64,000 nt of DNA, from IMG/VR virus record IMGVR_UViG_3300007734_000760, positions 32,001 through 96,000 of that record; one strand, given 5' to 3'. The translations under genes and the position numbers were made by a program. Source of the DNA: a virus. Of this stretch, positions 60,538 through 64,000 are shown piece by piece. The notes under the pieces are model-generated. The model worked only from the letters and a program-made list of their open reading frames with translations, made no database searches and was not told where the DNA came from. How positions within the stretch are numbered: position 1 is the first letter of the stretch; the number at the start of each line of letters is the position of its first letter.

Positions 60538-60938
60538 ATTGCAACAATAAAACTTAATATTATACAAGCTCCACTAACTATGTAAGATATTATTTTACTT
60601 CTTTTTTGTTTTTTTACTTCTTTTTTAAATAAAATAATTTCTTCATCTTTATTAATTACAAGATTTTTATAATCTATTTCATTTTGTTTAAATAAAATAA
60701 TTTGTTTATGCTGTGTTTTTATAATAGTATCTTGATTTAAAGCAATAAGCATTAAAACAGAAACAGAATCACGAGTAATTACTATTTGATTTTTTAAATA
60801 AGTATAATCGTTTTTTAATAAAAGTGCTTTTTTAAGTGTGATACATGGAACACAACAAATACTATCATTCAAAAGCGTTTGTGAATTCATTAACAACGTT
60901 CCTATTAGAAAGAGTATTAATGCGATTGTGTTCTTCAT
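60534..60938 (-). CDS. Signal peptide + coiled coil + C-terminal TM (spanin-like candidate)
   Basis: CCVPC after the signal; overlaps the upstream TM/coiled-coil gene. Confidence 0.6.
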   Translation of the reverse strand: MKNTIALILFLIGTLLMNSQTLLNDSICCVPCITLKKALLLKNDYTYLKNQIVITRDSVSVLMLIALNQDTIIKTQHKQIILFKQNEIDYKNLVINKDEEIILFKKEVKKQKRSKIISYIVSGACIILSFIVAI

Positions 60939-61206
60939 TGTATTTAATTTTAAAATTATCTGCTTTTATTTTTAATGCTGTTAATTCTATTTTGTTTTTT
61001 TCTACTTTATCTTTATAAATATTAGTTACTGAATCTAATTTTGTTATTTCATTTTGTTTTAATTTAATATTTAAAAGTAAAGAATCATTTTGTTTATGTA
61101 GTTTATTTAAACTATTTTCTAAATCTGATTTAGGATATTGAAATATAATAATAATAAATAGTATTAATATTAAAATGTATGGCGCTAATATTTTAATTTT
61201 AGCCAC
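60865..61206 (-). CDS. N-terminal TM + coiled coil (i-spanin-like candidate)
   Basis: Hydrophobic helix followed by heptads. Confidence 0.6.
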   Translation of the reverse strand: MAKIKILAPYILILILFIIIIFQYPKSDLENSLNKLHKQNDSLLLNIKLKQNEITKLDSVTNIYKDKVEKNKIELTALKIKADNFKIKYNEEHNRINTLSNRNVVNEFTNAFE

Positions 61207-62096
61207 TATTTAATATCAATTATACTAGAAATAATACTTTTTATATCTTCATTTTTATTAATAATCTTTTTATTATTATTAAAAAATTGTTTTAAAGCAG
61301 TCATTTCTTTTTCATATGTTGCATCATCTCCATCTTCATCAGCTTTTTCAATTTTATTCTTTTTCTTTGTTAAAATATCTTTAATTTTATTAAGAGCTTC
61401 TACATCTTTACTAGTATTACTAGGCATCATATCTTTATCTGCTCCAGCGTTAGCAGCAGATATTGCTGCCGCATCCATTTCTTTTTCAATTTCTTCTGGA
61501 CTTTTTTCTGGTTCTAATTCAGGTTCTAATTCAGGTTCAGATTTTTTAGATTCTTCATCATCATCACCATCAAGAAAACTATAATCTGCTTCTTCTGGTT
61601 CTTCAGGAGCATAAGTTTTAGCGTTAGGTTTATTTAAAACATCATTATTAAAAAAATCTGTAAGAATATTACTAACCATAGCTACATCAGTATTTTTTAC
61701 ACCAGTTTCTTTAAGTTTATTCTCTATATTAATTTTAGATATTCCATCTTCTCCTGCTTTTTCAATTAATGATAACATTACATGTTCAACAGTATCAGAA
61801 CTATACAAATCTAACGCTTCTTTAAATTTAGCTTCATTGTTTTTTTTATAAAGATCAGATGGGCGAGCCATTTCTTTAATAGAATTAGCCATTGCTAATT
61901 TTTCTCTAGCAACAACTAAATCTGCTTCAACTTCTTTCTTATCATTAGGATCTTTAACAGTTGGTAATTTAGAACTTAAAGCCGTTATATTTCTATTAGC
62001 ATTATTTGTTTTTATAGTTTTAGCATTTATTTCAGCTGGAGTTAATTCATTTATGATTTGCTCACGAATATATTTATGTAAATCTGTACGTTTCAT
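61206..62096 (-). CDS. Acidic late protein, candidate head cargo
   Basis: MKRTDLHKYIREQIINE; IKEMARP; late motif upstream; ELEP repeat at ~61510-61540. Confidence 0.7.
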   Translation of the reverse strand: MKRTDLHKYIREQIINELTPAEINAKTIKTNNANRNITALSSKLPTVKDPNDKKEVEADLVVAREKLAMANSIKEMARPSDLYKKNNEAKFKEALDLYSSDTVEHVMLSLIEKAGEDGISKINIENKLKETGVKNTDVAMVSNILTDFFNNDVLNKPNAKTYAPEEPEEADYSFLDGDDDEESKKSEPELEPELEPEKSPEEIEKEMDAAAISAANAGADKDMMPSNTSKDVEALNKIKDILTKKKNKIEKADEDGDDATYEKEMTALKQFFNNNKKIINKNEDIKSIISSIIDIK

Positions 62097-62119
62097 TAAT
62101 TAGATTTTTGTTATAAATA

Positions 62120-62650
62120 TTATAAATTTAAATAAAATTTTAACTGTCTTAATCTATCCTCCGTAGAACCGGATATAATTCCAAAATTCTTAATTTTACA
62201 TAAATGTTCTGATGTAAGAGATTTAATAGTATAATCAATTTGATTGCGATAATATTCATCAGTAGTGCGTACTTTATTATCTTCTATTGGTACCCCAGCT
62301 GGACTAACATAAAATATCCAATCGTATTCTTGTATAAAATTATTAGCAAAGTATTCAAATTTTAATTTATCACTTTCATTAATAGATTGAGCGTTATTAG
62401 TAAATGCTATTACATCTATAACTGTACGATCTGTAATAATATTATCATTAATTAATTCACTAGCACGTTCAGCTAAGAATATAGTTTGACCTTTTAGTGT
62501 ACTATCTGTATTTAAAGGAATACCTAAATCACGTAAATACTTACTACGTTCAGTAGCAAAAGTATAATCTTTAAATTCAGGTAATTCTTTTAATTTATTT
62601 ACAAGTGTAGTTTTTCCTACGCTTACTGTTCCACAAAATCCTATTTTCAT
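62120..62650 (-). CDS. NadR/AAA_28-like P-loop kinase
   Basis: GTVSVGKTT, ITDRTVID, YDWIFYV, IEDNKVR. Confidence 0.8.
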   Translation of the reverse strand: MKIGFCGTVSVGKTTLVNKLKELPEFKDYTFATERSKYLRDLGIPLNTDSTLKGQTIFLAERASELINDNIITDRTVIDVIAFTNNAQSINESDKLKFEYFANNFIQEYDWIFYVSPAGVPIEDNKVRTTDEYYRNQIDYTIKSLTSEHLCKIKNFGIISGSTEDRLRQLKFYLNL

Positions 62651-62699
62651 AACTTAATATAATTTAATATACGAATAAATTTCGTATAAGCCAAGTAAC

Positions 62700-62939
62700 T
62701 TATAATTCTTGTATGTAAATCATAAAATCTTTTATAATTTCTTGTTTTTTAGGTGACGCGTTTAATATAGCTTCTTTAAGAATCATAGACATATCTCTTT
62801 TAGATTCAACTATAAGTTGTTTAAGAGAATTTAAAGTAGACTCAGCTAAAACTAAATCTACTTCTCCTCCATAATAATCTTCTAAATCATTAAGATATAA
62901 AGTAATATATTTATTTAATTTATTTGATGAATCGTTCAT
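62700..62939 (-). CDS. Hypothetical protein
   Basis: 79-aa ORF overlapping the upstream gene. Confidence 0.6.
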   Translation of the reverse strand: MNDSSNKLNKYITLYLNDLEDYYGGEVDLVLAESTLNSLKQLIVESKRDMSMILKEAILNASPKKQEIIKDFMIYIQEL

Positions 62940-63396
62940 ATATAATTTTTTTAATATGTTTAAATATTTCGTTTAATTTATTTATTTGACTATTTAACCA
63001 CTGGAGGCGTTCACCCATTCTTTTACCATCCATAGGTGATTCAGTATTAGTAATATAACTTATAAGTGGTTTCATATACTCACTACCTGTTAAAAATATG
63101 AATTGATCTTTTTCTAAATTAAGATCTTGATTTTTCATTTGTTTAATTACTTCATCAGCCCACATTTTTTTTTCTTCAGATGACATTTCTTTAAGAGTTT
63201 TATCATATGGTTCTAATACTTTAGTTAATGGTATTAAATGATGTTTAGCAGATAATATAAACATTTTATCTGGTTGTAATGATTTACCGTACTCTAATGT
63301 TTTTCTAAACATAGGTGATGCTGAGTATAAATCTTGAGCCTGTGACGGTTTATCTAATTTAGATTTAGTACAACTTAAAAGTACAATTTTTGCCAT
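62920..63396 (-). CDS. DUF6884/YaaA-like protein
   Basis: IVLLSCTKSK...AQDLY...FILSAKHHLI...PYDKTL...FLTGSEY. Confidence 0.7.
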   Translation of the reverse strand: MAKIVLLSCTKSKLDKPSQAQDLYSASPMFRKTLEYGKSLQPDKMFILSAKHHLIPLTKVLEPYDKTLKEMSSEEKKMWADEVIKQMKNQDLNLEKDQFIFLTGSEYMKPLISYITNTESPMDGKRMGERLQWLNSQINKLNEIFKHIKKIIYERFIK

Positions 63397-63417
63397 ATAT
63401 AATGTTTATTATAAATA

Positions 63418-64000
63418 TTATATAGAATGAATAGTTTTAATTAAATCCGATTTAAATAAATTATTTAAGTGAACTGTTAAACAATCACATAAAATCTGTT
63501 TATATTCAGGATAAGCAATAACTGTATCTTTTATAAAATCCGTGTAATTTTCATAATTATCATAATATTTTTTGTACTTTTTTAGTTGGGAGTGAGTCAT
63601 ATGATAATTTTTATTATTTGATTTATTACGCACTTCACTAAATTGATTAGCTAAAAATAAAATATATGGTTTAGATATTTCAAATTCACAATTAGCTATT
63701 AATTCTATAGCTATTGAATAATTACTATCATCTGTACTAGATAACATATTATATAAAGTTTTAAATGTATCTAAGTCAATTGTTAATTCTTTATTTATTT
63801 CTTTGTTTAATGTATTATCTAATATTAGATCTAATTTTTTTACTTCTACTAAATTTAGTAAATCTAAAAATAAATCAATTGAATCAAATGCTTTTTTATT
63901 ACCATGAGATTTATCAATAGTATAACCTTCTATACTTGGACAATTAAGTAAATCTTTTAATTTAGAATTATGATGTATGTCCTTATGTTTAATTATAAAA
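63418..64000 (-). CDS. Hypothetical protein (5' end outside window)
   Basis: Frame of the 109-aa ORF is open up to 63999. Confidence 0.7.
   Translation of the reverse strand, partial: FIIKHKDIHHNSKLKDLLNCPSIEGYTIDKSHGNKKAFDSIDLFLDLLNLVEVKKLDLILDNTLNKEINKELTIDLDTFKTLYNMLSSTDDSNYSIAIELIANCEFEISKPYILFLANQFSEVRNKSNNKNYHMTHSQLKKYKKYYDNYENYTDFIKDTVIAYPEYKQILCDCLTVHLNNLFKSDLIKTIHSI

Noticed and set aside
1-64000. Stop-codon reassignment, tRNA genes, introns or inteins
   Set aside because: Core genes are full-length in the standard code and TAA, TAG and TGA all end genes. Intergenic gaps are short with no cloverleaf seen. PolB, TerL, NrdA and helicase show no large insertions.

Overview
A 64-kb, very AT-rich segment of a large T4-like myovirus (Caudoviricetes) in the standard genetic code, with every credible gene on the minus strand. 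In transcription order (right to left) it carries a head and packaging module (TerL, portal, prohead protease, scaffold, major capsid, PhoH), then fibre, neck, sheath, tube, tape-measure and baseplate genes. After these come replication and recombination genes (a compact family-A polymerase, gp32-like SSB, RecA/UvsX, 5'-3' exonuclease, DnaB/gp41 helicase, class I RNR), a 7-deazaguanine DNA-modification cluster (DpdA/TGT-like, QueC, QueD, QueE, FolE), a family-B polymerase, a sliding clamp and GroES/GroEL. Promoter shapes (TTTGG-N~17-TATATTTA) and A-rich, SD-less start regions suggest a Bacteroidota host. The most unusual signal is a structured intergenic RNA at ~25105-25180. It is complementary, in two permuted pieces, to the conserved 23S rRNA helix 69-71 region (about E. 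coli 1907-1937). Other notable signals are a three-way-junction leader before a fibre gene, a probable programmed frameshift between the two ORFs ahead of the tape measure, a late-expressed kinase and other candidate protease-released head cargo, and an ORF with capsid-like motifs inside the deazaguanine cluster. All calls come from motif recognition by eye; no searches were run.
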